A DNA stretch of 63,270 nt, filler included, from Craspedostauros australis (Eukaryota): assembly GCA_030167865.1 (NCBI GenBank). It is 11 parts of 11 records of this genome, joined end to end, with 100 filler letters (N's around TTAATTAATTAA, not from the genome) between each part and the next. Parts side by side here need not be neighbours in the genome. Positions count along the whole stretch, not along the records: positions 6,378 to 15,438 come from JALAGF010002450.1; positions 15,539 to 17,004 come from JALAGF010002451.1; positions 17,105 to 18,505 come from JALAGF010002452.1; positions 18,606 to 49,805 come from JALAGF010002453.1; 7 more parts are not named here. One strand, given 5' to 3'. Positions 9,663 to 21,736 of the stretch are shown here, one piece after another; positions within the stretch are counted from its first letter, which is position 1, and each line of letters starts with the position of its first letter. Below the pieces are notes generated by a model. The model saw only the letters and a program-made list of their open reading frames with translations. It had not been told where the DNA came from and did not search any database. Made by a program: the position numbers and the translations under genes.

Positions 9663-12600
9663 CCAAGGGCTGGGAGTAAGGGAAGCACCAACACCCGCTC
9701 CTGCAAGCCCAATGGGTGCATCGGAGGAGGATTCGGGTCGCGATGAGCGAAGCCTCCACGACCAAGAATGGGGAGACACCACCCTCAACAAGAGTACGTC
9801 CAGTATCAGGTTAGCTGCTCTGAATGTAGGGGGGCTCCCCGAGCTTGGTCGACACTGGAAGAATAAGGATTTATGGCAGTGGCTCAAGCAGGAGAAGATC
9901 GATGTGGCCATGCTCTCAGAAATTGGGATCAACTGGTCGAAAGTATCGAACTCTGACTCCTGGAAAGAGCGCACGAAGAACTACATTCAGCAAGCACGCC
10001 ATTCACTAGCATACAACCGACACGAGACCCTGGGCACTGCCAGACAATGGGGCGGGACAGGATGTCTAGCCATGGGCCACCCAGCTGGGAGATTTCGATC
10101 CAGGCAGGATGACCCCAAAGGACTTGGTAGGTGGACTAGCATGACGCTGAACGGCAAGAGAGGCAACTCCATCAGAGTAGTAAGCGTCTACGTTCCGACG
10201 AGAGGGGGATCAGGCGCTGGCACAGTGTTCAACCAACAGGCATCATGGCTGGAAGCCAACGGGTACGACAAGACTCCAATACAACAGCTTCTCGTGGACC
10301 TTCAGGCAGCCATCGAAGGTTGGCGATCTGAAAACCAAACGGTGATCATAGGCGGGGACATCAACATGCCCGTGGAAAAGTCCCAAATGGCAACCATGCT
10401 GCGACAACAAGGCCTCAAGGAGGCAATTCTGTCACGACACGCTGACACACCCAAGGCCGCGACGCACATCAGGTCGGAGTCAGACAGGGTGATCGACGGA
10501 ATATGGGTGTCGGAGTCGATTCACGTCGTGCGAGCAGGCTACAGCAGCTTCGGCCGCTGGGACCACCGCACCGCATGGATCGACGTGGAAGCAGAAGACC
10601 TGTTCGGGACATCAAGCCAGCCGGCCAAGAAATTTGAAGGTCGTCGGCTACGGATGAACCTCCCACAGACAGTGGCCAAATACCAGTCGAACCTCCGCAC
10701 GGCATACGCCAGTACAGGGCTCCCTCAAAGAGTGCATGAGCTATGGAAAACGGTCCAGCGACACAAGACTATCGGTTTGCAGGGCCAACGAGAAATGGAA
10801 GCCATCGACGACATCCGAGCGAACGCTATGCGAGCCGCAGAAAAGGGATCGAGGAAAGTGTTCATGGGGCGGGTCCCGTACTCGCCGCACATCAAGCAAA
10901 CTGCCTTGCGAAAGAAATTCTGGGACTAGGCGTGGAAACGAAGAAGCGGGAAAAAGGTGAGCGCCCGGTACTATGATAGAACCAAACGACAAGCCGAGGT
11001 GAGCCAACCAACATCACACATGACAAACGACGACATCGACACGGCCAGGAAGGCAGCCCACAAGGAATGGCTCGAGGTGAAGAAGAGTGCGCTGCAACAC
11101 CGACGAAGCTTCCTCGAAGAAAGAGCAGACGAACAGGCCCTCGCCGGCAACCAAAAGGCGGCGGCGGCTCTGGTGGCGATCATGAAGCGCGAAGAGACAG
11201 TCGAGACGTTCAAGGCGATCCGACAAGCTATCGGCAATGCAGACGCAGGCAAAGTCACCATGGTCATCGAGACGTCAGATGACGGGGAAGAAACCATCGC
11301 AGACGGGGAGGACGCAGTCATACAGGCGTGCATGAAGGCCAACGAAGGCAAGTACAGGCAGGCGTACGCGTCCCCACTGCAACGCACGCATCTGGAAGCC
11401 GCGGCAATGCAGTCCGGCGCCACAGGCGTCCTGCGGTCGTCTGACGACCTCGACGAGCACTCACTTATGCTTCTCGAGCAGCTACAGCAATCTGGAGCAG
11501 CGCCTCCATGGCAGCCAGAGCAGCTGACACTGACGGTGGAGGATCACCAACAGCAGTGGTCAAAGGCAAGGGAACGAACTGCCTCCGGCCCGTCCGGACT
11601 ACACTTTGGTCTATGGAAGGCCAACGCCAAAGACGAGCTGCTGGCCAGCGTCGATGCGGCTATGCGCGAGATTTCGCTTCTCACGGGGTACAACCTCAAG
11701 CGGTGGCTGCGGTGCACCGACGTAACATTGCTCAAAGAGGCCGGGAACTACCGCGTGCATCGCTTCCGTACCATAAGCCTGGTGGAAGGCGACTTCAATG
11801 CCAACCTCAAGTGGATCGGACGAGAAATGATGCGTCATGCGGAACGGCAATCTCTGCTACCGGAGGAACAATACGGCAGCAGGAAACAGAAGAGCGCCGC
11901 GGAGGTCAGCCTCAACAACCGCCTCACCGACGACATTATCCGACTCACAGCATCCACCACCATGATCTGCTCCAACGACGCAAAGAGCTGCTATGACCGA
12001 ATGGCCCATGTTCCTCTTCTGCTCAGCATGACAGCTTTGGGGGTTCCAACCCACCTCTCCGTGGGAGTGATACAGTCAGTGGAGTCCATGCAGCACCACG
12101 TTCTCACAGGTTACGGAGTGTCCTCCACAACATACCCGACCGGTGGCAGCAAACTACAAGGGCTCTTGCAAGGGCTGGGCATATCACCTGCAGGGTGGGT
12201 GGCCATGAGTTCTCCGCTGATGCAGGCAATGTCGGCGAAAGGCTTTGGTTTCAATACAATCAGTCCAGTGTCCCGCGAGAGGGTCAAGCTGGTTTGCTTC
12301 TCATTTGTTGACGATACGGACCTCATACACACCCTCCGAACGAACCCTGGCGACAAGATAGGGTGCATGAAAGAGATACAAGCCGTGGTCGACGCCTGGG
12401 AAGGCATGCTGCGAGCTACCGGAGGCGCGTTGGAGCCGTCCAAAAGCTATTGGTATCTGCTCTCCTTCAAGTGGTCCGAGAAGACATGGGAGTACGTGCC
12501 AACGGAGCAGTTTCCGGGATCCATCAGCATACGAAAGCCGGATCAGGAAACGCGAGCGACTCTCTCCAGGCTTGAAGTCCACCAGGCAAGAAAAGCGCTG

Positions 12601-15312
12601 GGGGTCATGGTACGACACGATGGAGTCCAGGCAAGCAACATTGACTACTACATTCAGAAGTCGCAAGAGTGGGCCGATAAGATCGGGCGCAGCAGACTGC
12701 AGAGGCATCAGGCGTGGGTGGCACTTCAAGCAACCATTTGGAAAACCATCGAGTACCCGTTAGCCAGCTCCACCTTCTCAAAGCTCGAAGCGGAGCTCAT
12801 CATGCGGCCAGCACTAAGGGCAGCATTGCCGGCGGCAGGAGTGCAGCGCAATGTATCCAGGGATCTGGTTTACGGGCCAGCAGCGACAATGGGCATGGGA
12901 GTACCGCATCTTTACTACTCTCAAACCACGCGACACGTCGACATGATTATACGGCACTGGGGCCAGCCCACTCTCACAGGGAAGCTGCTCCGCAACACAG
13001 TGGAACAAGTAGCGCTTCAGGTCGGTCTTCCCGAGTTCTACAACGAGGACTGGGACAAGTGGAAGCATATCACAACCAACACATGGATCCAAAGTGTGTG
13101 GCAGGAACTCCAGCACCTGGGCTTGACCTTGGCAATGGAAAACCCGGTGATCTCTCCCCCCCGGGAAGGCGACGAGCCTATCATGCGGCGCCTGAGCGAA
13201 ATGGGGTTCGACGCGAGGAGTATGCAGGCCATCAATCAATGCCGAATCGCCAAGAAAGTCTTCTGGATATCCGACATAGCACGCGTGGGGGGCCGGGAAT
13301 TGCATCCCAGCGCAGAGGAGCCCGGTCCAATACCCATGCGATCTTCCAATATCGCATGGCCACCAGTCGGTCCGCCAGGCGCGGCGAAGTGGAGGATGTG
13401 GAAGAACGCAGTGTGGAAATGTTTTCCAGCGTCTCGCCCTGGGTTGCGCTACATACAGCCGGCGTTGGGTCGGTGGAAGTGCTTCTCGTCCTCAGTCCCG
13501 ACTCTCCGAAAAGACAATCAGGCAGACAGGGTAGTGCACACCCACAGCAACATGGAGTACCGGCGGGCGCCGAGGCGCAGACGAGTCCAGGAATACGAAC
13601 CGTCAGGGGTGGCGACCACGGTCGGCAATCAGCTGGCGGACGGCTATATGCGCCGGGACAAACTGGTTCTCACGGCATCGGCCGATGGGGTGGCTTCGAT
13701 GCGGCTTACACCGCCCGCGAATCTCCGAGACGCCGTGCAACAGATGGAAGCCGGTGAGAAGTGGGCAGTGCAGCACTGGGACGTCGTTGGCGAAGAAGAT
13801 GTCTTCGCGACAGCTATCCGGGAGGGAACTGCGATAGCTTGCAGCGACGGATCAGTAGCGTTCGGCAACGGGGCGTCTGGAGCAGTGATATCGGCATCTG
13901 ACGGTCGACGATCAGCGAAGCTGTGGATCGCGGGACAGACTCCGGCCACCGACGGCGTGATGCAGTCCCATCGAGCTGAGCTCGCGGGGCTGTACAGCGT
14001 GCTGGTGATGCTCGATGCCATATGCCGGGTGCATGCAATACAAGCAGGCAGCGTCACGGTGGCGTGCGACAACACTGGCGCCTTGAATGCTATCGACCTC
14101 GACTGGTACTTGAACCCGGGGACTACGGACTCTGATCTCCAACGCGCAGTAAGAGCCCGATGCCAGGAGTTGAGCATCAAAATACGAGGGAGGCACGTCA
14201 AAGGCCACCAGGATGACGGAACTCCGTGGGATCGGTTGGATCGGTGGGCCAGGCTCAATGTGGAGGCTGACCATCTCGCCGGAGCGTGCCAGCGGCAAAC
14301 CCAGCGGCAGCAGCCATATTCAGGCATTATCAAAGGGGAGAGAGTCGCACTGTTCCTCACGCACAAGGTCACGGCGGTGTCGTATGACTCAATAGCCGGC
14401 CAGCACATGCGGGAGGCAACAATGCGGGTTTTGACCAAACGAAAGGTGATTTCCAACACGGGGAGCGTCGACTGGGAGGCCTCTGGCCGAGCCATGAAGG
14501 CGTTGGACCGTAACAAACGAACGCTGACGTTCAAGTTGGTTACTGGCGAGGCAGCCGTCGGGCGAAGAATGCTGCAGTGGCAACATCGCAGCTCCTCCCA
14601 ATGCCCAAGCTGTACGAGCGAGGAGACGACGGCACACTTCTGGACATGCCAATCGCCGTCTCGAGCGACAATCGCCGACGGGCAGATGGTGAAGCTCCGT
14701 CAGTGGCTGTTGGCATACCCAACACACCCCACAATGGTACAGGTGATGATGCAGCTGCTGCTTAGCCAGGCGCGAGGTACCCACTGCCTGATCCCGTTCA
14801 ACGCGGGTGCCGAGCTAGCAGAGGCAGTGCGACAGCAGTCGTCCGCGGGCCCCCAGTCCTTGCGGCGAGGGATTCTGGTCACGCACTGGCGTCAGGCACA
14901 GTCAGCCTTTTTGCAGGCGAGCGGCTCCAAAAAGTCCCCCCTCAAGTGGGCGGCACAGGTGATTCGACGCATCTGGCTCATCGCTTGGCTACAGTGGGCT
15001 TCCAGGAACGACGACATGTTCAACAACGAAGATTCGGCGGAAGGTGTTATGGAGGTTGCAGTACGCGCCAGGACAGCCTCCCTTGAGGAGCAGCTCAGGC
15101 GTGCACCGGGCCAGCATGAACGCCAACTGTCTACCCGCCCTTCCGACGACCTCCCGGTTGAAGCGCACCTGGTGTGGATAGAGCAAACTGCAGCTCGACT
15201 ACGCACGGCGGTGGCCTCCGGGGCACTGCTCAAGTGGATCAAACTCCGGGCCAGAAGCAGCCGCAGGAAGTCGGCCGGTCGCCAACCCACTCCCACTACA
15301 CAGAATACATGA
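9457..15312 (+). pseudogene. ORF2 of the Ambal-like non-LTR retrotransposon (APE endonuclease, RT, RNase H, CCHC) with one in-frame TAG at 10927-10929
   Basis: ORFs 9457-10929 and 10957-15312 share a frame. APE: RLAALNVGG, LSEIGINW, GRWT, IGGDIN, IDGIW, DHR. RT: EQYGSR, SNDAKSCYDR, GLLQGLGISP, FVDDTDL. RNase H: ACSDGS, SHRAELAG, ACDN, HVKGHQDD, LNVEADHLA. CCHC: CPSCTSEETTAHFWTC. The start could be ATG 9457 or 9712. Confidence 0.93.
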
Positions 15313-15538
15313 GAAACTCAACCCAACACTTCAGATTCCGTGCCCTCTGCCCGCGTAGCGGGCAGTTGAAAAGGGGCGGAGAAAAGCGCCGTCGGCGCAG
15401 TCGATTAAGAGACTAATCATTGAGTTATTTATTTATTTNNNNNNNNNNNNNNNNNNNNNNNNNNNNNNNNNNNNNNNNNNNNTTAATTAATTAANNNNNN
15501 NNNNNNNNNNNNNNNNNNNNNNNNNNNNNNNNNNNNNN

Positions 15539-17004
15539 CATTGTGATGAGTGCATGGTGTGAGAGCCTGTACAAAGCAGAGAACACAAGAATTAGGATCT
15601 TGGTGTGAGGTGGAGTAAAAGCGTGAAGTCTCTGTCCACACAGATGGACAATATCCAGACTGTGACACCCGCTACAATTGATGGACTGGGACAACCAAAC
15701 GATCCAAAAGTATGTAACTACTCAAATCAGTTGCAGCCGCTGCTTGCTTCATGTTGCTGGCCACACAGGGACATCACTCTGGAGATGTGGTCCCAGTGCC
15801 TCGTGAAGAGGGGCGGAGAGGTCTGCTTGGTAGACATGTTGGCAGCGATCAAAGCAGACAAGTTTCTGCAAACACAATGTGGTCGTTTTCCGCCCACTGT
15901 TGAACAGCAAAATGTCGAATGGCGCCGTGGCGTGTGCAACGCGAGGGCTGCCGTGCGTTGGCCATCATGAGCGCAGTTCAGTTGTTCTCACACAGCACCG
16001 TACCACACCACTGAAGTACACCAAGCTTGCCAAGGACGCAACAAATGCATAATGCCATGCGACCAGCATCGGAAGCACAGAGAGGTTCAGCCTCTGTGCT
16101 GGACATGGCGACCATGATCTGCACTCTCGGTTTCCATGCAACGGCAGCAGCAGCGAGATGGAAAACGATGGACAACACTGACTGTTGTTGCTGAGTGTCC
16201 ATGGCCCAATCACTGTCAGCATACCTTTAGAGGAAATTGGGTTGTTCTGCTGGATGGCCAAATACATCATCATGTGCTGGCGTTTGCTTGGCTGGAACAG
16301 GCATGGGCGGTAGTGCAGGGACAGCGTCGGTGCAATGCAGCGCGATGCCTTGAGCGGGAGTGCGGAAGAGATATCGAGAAACCTGCTTGGCGACAGCGAA
16401 ATGATCTATGGCCAGCCTCGCCAAGAATTGCAAGAGTTTCGCGATGGGAAAAGCGATGGCTGGCCTACAGGTAATCATGGGACAGATGAATTCGCCAATA
16501 GCCTCACAATAGCATTCAGTGTCTGCTTGTGCCTGCTTGAGACCGCATGTATCCAAGGCTTCAGAATCATCCAGCTTGTGTATGTGCGCATTGCCATCAT
16601 CCATTGGAGTGAGCGCACCATTCATCTTCTTCTGCTCATTCCATTTGAAAACCTTGTTGAGATGTGTACTATTGTGGATGGAGACATTTGTGGTGGTTTG
16701 GATCAGATCTGCACCAATGAAGTGTTGGAGAACGCTGAATCATTTCATGGGAATGGACAGGAACGAATCCAAGCTCATCGCAGATTGTGGAGCAAGCCGC
16801 TACATCGCTGCATGCAATGGCAAAGCCACCAACCTGACATGGAAAGAGCATGTTGTGTTCTTTGTAAGCGCCGCGGTATAGGCATAGAGCATGCGTGGTG
16901 GGCCTGAAACCCATGCGCTGCAGCTGTGCATTGATGTGCACTGCCCACTGCCATAGTGCTCAGGAATGACCCTGAGGATTCTTGCTGATGAGAGTCATGC
17001 AGCC
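15539..17004 (-). pseudogene. Decayed Ty1/copia RT-RNase H remnant
   Basis: Frame-broken pieces: GFRPTTHALCLY...FPCQVGGFAIA (degenerate RQVDDF), IGEFICPMITCRPAIAFP...AKQVSRYL, WKPRVQIMVAMSSTEAE and NMSTKQTSPPLFTRHWDHI. Rich in TG/CA dinucleotides. Confidence 0.85.
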
Positions 17005-18605
17005 NNNNNNNNNNNNNNNNNNNNNNNNNNNNNNNNNNNNNNNNNNNNTTAATTAATTAANNNNNNNNNNNNNNNNNNNNNNNNNNNNNNNNNNNNNNNN
17101 NNNNATGTTGTGTATGCAGGCATGTTTCCGCACTAGACAGACACAAGTGCGTTGTTGTGGCAAACAGTCACGTCGCTATGAGGTCCAGCCGACGTCGTAC
17201 GACGTTGGTCGGACCAGCATGCACAGCAAGCTGATCAACATCCGACGTCAGTATGCAATCAGCTGACAAACATCATACATCAGTATGATGTATGTCTGAC
17301 ATGTGAATGACGTAATTGACATTTTTGCTAGAAGTAAGGCTAATCACGCAAATTTAGACACCCTCTGTAGAGATTATTATAATATTAATGGCAACAAAAG
17401 CGCCATTACGTGATAGGGGAGGCCTCCTTTGGTCATTCTATGTGTCTAGTTGCAAACTAATCATGCTCAGTGACTGCAGAGGGGGGTGGCAAGTTGCGCC
17501 TTCGAAACGTGGAAAAAAACTGCCACCGCAATGTCATACTTCACCTTCACTTCAGTCAAACATCGGTCAAACATTGATCGGACATCAGATGACGTAGGTT
17601 GGTTGTTGGGATGACATGATCCGACGGAGGTACGACTTTGGTCGGATGTTGCAGCGACATCGTGATCCCCACGCAGCGCGTTCATGAGACATACAGCACC
17701 GACGATACACGCACGTCCAAGAAACACGAAGTAGCAGACAGCCATTCTCCAACAACGCGTGCACGAACCTGACACTGGTTTGATGGTAACGGACAGAAGT
17801 GGTGGTCGCTGTGCGAACTGGTGTCGGCGAAGAATGACCGTCTTTCTGTACATTGACGTACGAAGTTGGAATTTCGTTCGCAGATGTACGACTACGAGGC
17901 ATTTGTCATGGTCACAACAGGTGCTTGTGACAACACTTATTTCCATTGCGTGTATCTCCGCTACCATCAATGCCCACACATAATGACCATCAGCAAGGAA
18001 CAAATTCTGTGACGGACATGTTTGTTCGGCACTACAACGTGATGCGCTTGTTTTGCCTGTTACGTGTGATGTGGTGTGTGTTAGCAACAAGACCTGTTCA
18101 GACGCACTTTCTCATGTGGTCGTGTAATCATGCAATCTCACATCGGCAATGTCGAAGCCACAGGGAATCTACGAACATGTAGTGTGCCTGTGAATCGGTG
18201 ACTTCCGCGAACTGTTGCGACCACAGCCAGCTATTATACGTGACAAAAGGGGTATCGGGATAGAGAGGAACCTGCTGTGCTTCGTGTATCTTGTGATTTG
18301 GAATACAATTCATCAATTGGTGATTGCATGCAGAAAGGGTATTGCATTTCTGTCATGGCATCTCTCTCCATTGTATGTAGTATGGCGAGTCTGGTCTCTC
18401 GTCCATGTGGCAACAAAGAGGAAACATGCACAGAATATCTGTGACCAACATTCGAAACAGCTCACTTGTCAAATGCCATGAAGCGAATGCAGCACAAGTT
18501 GTTCCNNNNNNNNNNNNNNNNNNNNNNNNNNNNNNNNNNNNNNNNNNNNTTAATTAATTAANNNNNNNNNNNNNNNNNNNNNNNNNNNNNNNNNNNNNNN
18601 NNNNN

Positions 18606-18843
18606 TTGATTCCCTCCATGCTGATGACTACTGCACCACTGCCGTGGTCTTAACGCGTGTATCCAACCTGCTTCAACTCAAACAATGGAATCCGAGAGCC
18701 AGCTCCAACCACAGCCACTGCTTCATGGTCGTCACTGCCACATGCCATGATCTACACTGCAGTGTATCTACGTATGTGGAGAGCAAGGCGCTGTAATGAC
18801 TGTATACCCTGTAGCACTGAACCAAGTACATCAGTGCAGGGTC
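18606..18843. repeat. 238-bp segment identical to the reverse complement of 49906-50143
   Basis: Direct comparison: TTGATTCCCTCC...CAGTGCAGGGTC versus GACCCTGCACTG...GGAGGGAATCAA. Each copy begins at the first base of its contig. Confidence 0.95.
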
Positions 18844-19346
18844 TCGCCAAGTTGTGTGNNNNNNNNNNNNNNNNNNNNNNNNNNNNNNNNNNNNNNNNNN
18901 NNNNNNNNNNNNNNNNNNNNNNNNNNNNNNNNNNNNNNNNNNNNNNNNNNNNNNNNNAACTCTTCAATCAGTACACCTCTCTTGAACTGCATCACACGGC
19001 TATCCCGAAGCTGGCAGATTCAAGAGACATCCTCCACCGATTCGCGCCGACTACGCCCGAATCCTAACTCCCCCTCATGTTCTCCCTCGTCTTGTCGCGC
19101 GAAATGTACACACAAACCGGCCGAGACTTCAACACCTTCGCCCATGTCACGCTGCCACTTCCCAACCACGTCTCGTGCACCAGACGTGGTTAGGCGCAAC
19201 AGTTGGTCCTCGAGTGCCGGCAACTTACTAGGCTTTCAACCAAACTTCTCACATATTCTTAAACTAAATCAACTTTGGGATGCAGAGCGGAGATCGATTT
19301 TGCTATGAATCCTTCTGTTTGTTTTGTCGACCCCCTCGATTTTGCG

Positions 19347-20072
19347 CAGGTTCAGTCGCACGTGTTCCCAGGAGAAGACATTGTCAGGGTCATGTATTGC
19401 ACCCATAATGACCTCCTATGCGAACAGCATTGCCTGCACTGCCTGATATCGAGAGGACTTCAGTCCCATGGCAGCTCGATCCCATTGTTCCCAAACACAG
19501 GAGTCCCCAAATTTTGGATCATCCTCCCTGAGGTATTGCGTCAGATCCACACTGCACACTTGTTTGAGGCAAGGATGCAGCATGAAGCTCAGGAACATCT
19601 CCCCAATGTCATTGTCTGCTATGTATGTGTTCGCCCCTGCTGCACAAAGATGTGTGTCAATGGTGGGTGAAGAGAATGTAGGAACCCAGATGGCATGGTT
19701 CAGACCACTTGCAGTGGTGTCATATACCATCTGGATATCCATGGTGCCCTTGGGAACTCCAAAAAAGGAGGTGAGGGAGTCGACTTGACCTGGAACGATG
19801 TACTGCTTTTGGTGGACTTGGTGGAGCTTGCCTGCCATCATGTTGCGGATGTTGGTATCCCCTGTGTGGCGTTGTGGCCAGACGAAAGTAGGTGGTGGTT
19901 CTTGAAAGGGCACAGGCAGACCTTCTCGGATGATGGTTTGGTAGTCGGATGGCCATCGCCAGAACAATGGACGAGATCCGTCGTCCCAAGCCCACCAGGA
20001 TGATCTGCATGCCCTTCCGATCGCATCACAACCGGCATTGAAGACAGCTGCATCGCCAATTGGTGTACCCAT
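19347..20072 (-). pseudogene. Reverse transcriptase fragment of that element (in-frame stop at 19416-19418; breaks off before the YxDD motif)
   Basis: ORF 19416-20072 plus the read-through EVIMGAIHDPDNVFSWEHVRLNL, after which the similarity ends. Confidence 0.8.
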
Positions 20073-21736
20073 GAAGTCCGTGTTGGTTCAATTGGTAACG
20101 CTCATCAGATGCCATGGTCACAACTTTGCGTTGCTTGAGTTGAAGGGGATGGTGAAAGCTGAGCCACCTCCAGAAGGAGGTTGTAATCTTCCGACATCAC
20201 CAACCCAGCATTCGCTGCCTCAGTAGATCACATCAGGCTTAAAGCTGAGTCATGTTGCCGTCTTCCCACCAAGTTGCAGAACCTTGCAGGAGTTGATCCA
20301 TCCAGATGTGAACAGGAATGGACACATTGTCGGACGTTGTGGCTTTTTGGGCACAACGAGTCCACTCTGCGATTTCCTGAACACTTCTTTTCAGTTCGGA
20401 CGGATCCACCCAAACCTGAGTGGAAGGCATGATGGAGGGTGCGGCTTCGTTCAGGGGAGGAAGGGAGGAGGCAGGACAAGTAGAGAGCGCAGGCTTCATG
20501 GATGATGGAGAGCCCCCAGCGAGTGCAGCTGGCATTTGGACCAGAGCTGTGGGTTGAAAGACAGCAGCGCCAGGATTCATCCCACCATGGTCACCCATAG
20601 ATGTTGGCTGGAGGCCGTACCGAGCAAGAGTAGAGAGATGATTGGAAGGAGTCATGGACGTGGCCAATACCAAAGATGGTGTAGCTGGAAAGGCCAATGT
20701 TGAGGAATCAAAAAGAAAGGTACCCCCCTCGTTGAAAGTATGGAGTTGCAAAAGGACGGACAAGAAAAGTTGACCAGGAAGTGCGGAAGCAGCAGAAGAG
20801 AGCGTATGAGCAACTGTGTCCGGGAAGTCAAGCACACGCAGGCGCTCGAACCGCTGAAGCCGGCGAGCACACCACAGGCCGCGACCAAACACAGATGGAG
20901 ACAGGACGAACGCGGAACGAATGGCATTGATAGGCACAAGTCCACCAGAATGCAACACAGGTTTTCCGTACACCTTCACGCCACTGAGGTAGCGCGAGCG
21001 TGAAGGGCTGACGCCAAGAGCCGGAGGAGGCGGAAACAGGTGAACCGACAAGAGTTGGTCGTCGAGAACCGACTGAAGTGTGCGGGGAACCGCACGGGTC
21101 TGTATTGGGCCTTGCGGTGGGCGAGAGCATCGCCAGAAAACGTCGGAGAGCCAACAGCAGTAGTGACGCCACCAAGCTGTGGATGGGACTGGAGCCACGA
21201 GCGAGAGGACCGGCCAGGCGGACATGAGCAAGAGCGGCGAGAGGATGCGACCACCATCAGAGAACTGGACTGTATGGACGAGAAGAGAGCTTGTATAATG
21301 TAACCATCAGCTAGAAGTAGGCTAACATCGTTGAGCTGCTGCACCTATGGTGCTGCTGGCTGCAGCACCACCGATGGAAGAAGCTGGCTAAGGAGGCGCT
21401 CGTCATCACCAGAAAGGGACAAACCGGCCAGAAAGCCAACCTGCCACCCCAGTGAGTCCAAGTCGAACAACCAGGCTGGGCATCGCTGAGCGACAACCCC
21501 AACAGAGCATCGCCCCTGCTTCTGCTGACAATCCACAATGCCGCTGGTGACGCCGAATAAAGCCTCCCAACTGTGCCGCGCGCGAGGAGGCAACAGAGCC
21601 ACCGGAGCCTTGCTTCAGCTGCTCATGTTGCTCTTCTTGCTCTGAGCCAACATGTTCTTGATATTGGCAGAGGCGCGTTGGCCTCGCCAGCCTTCTTTCC
21701 GGAACGAGTTGTGCCTTCAACTGCCAACTTGGTGAG

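Larger units (their letters stand above)
7100..15438 (+). mobile_element. Near-full-length non-LTR retrotransposon, Ambal-like (diatom clade with APE + RT + RNase H); 5' boundary approximate
   Basis: Two-ORF layout, domain order as above, short structured 3' UTR and a (TTTA)n tail at 15425-15438 running into the contig end. Confidence 0.85.
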
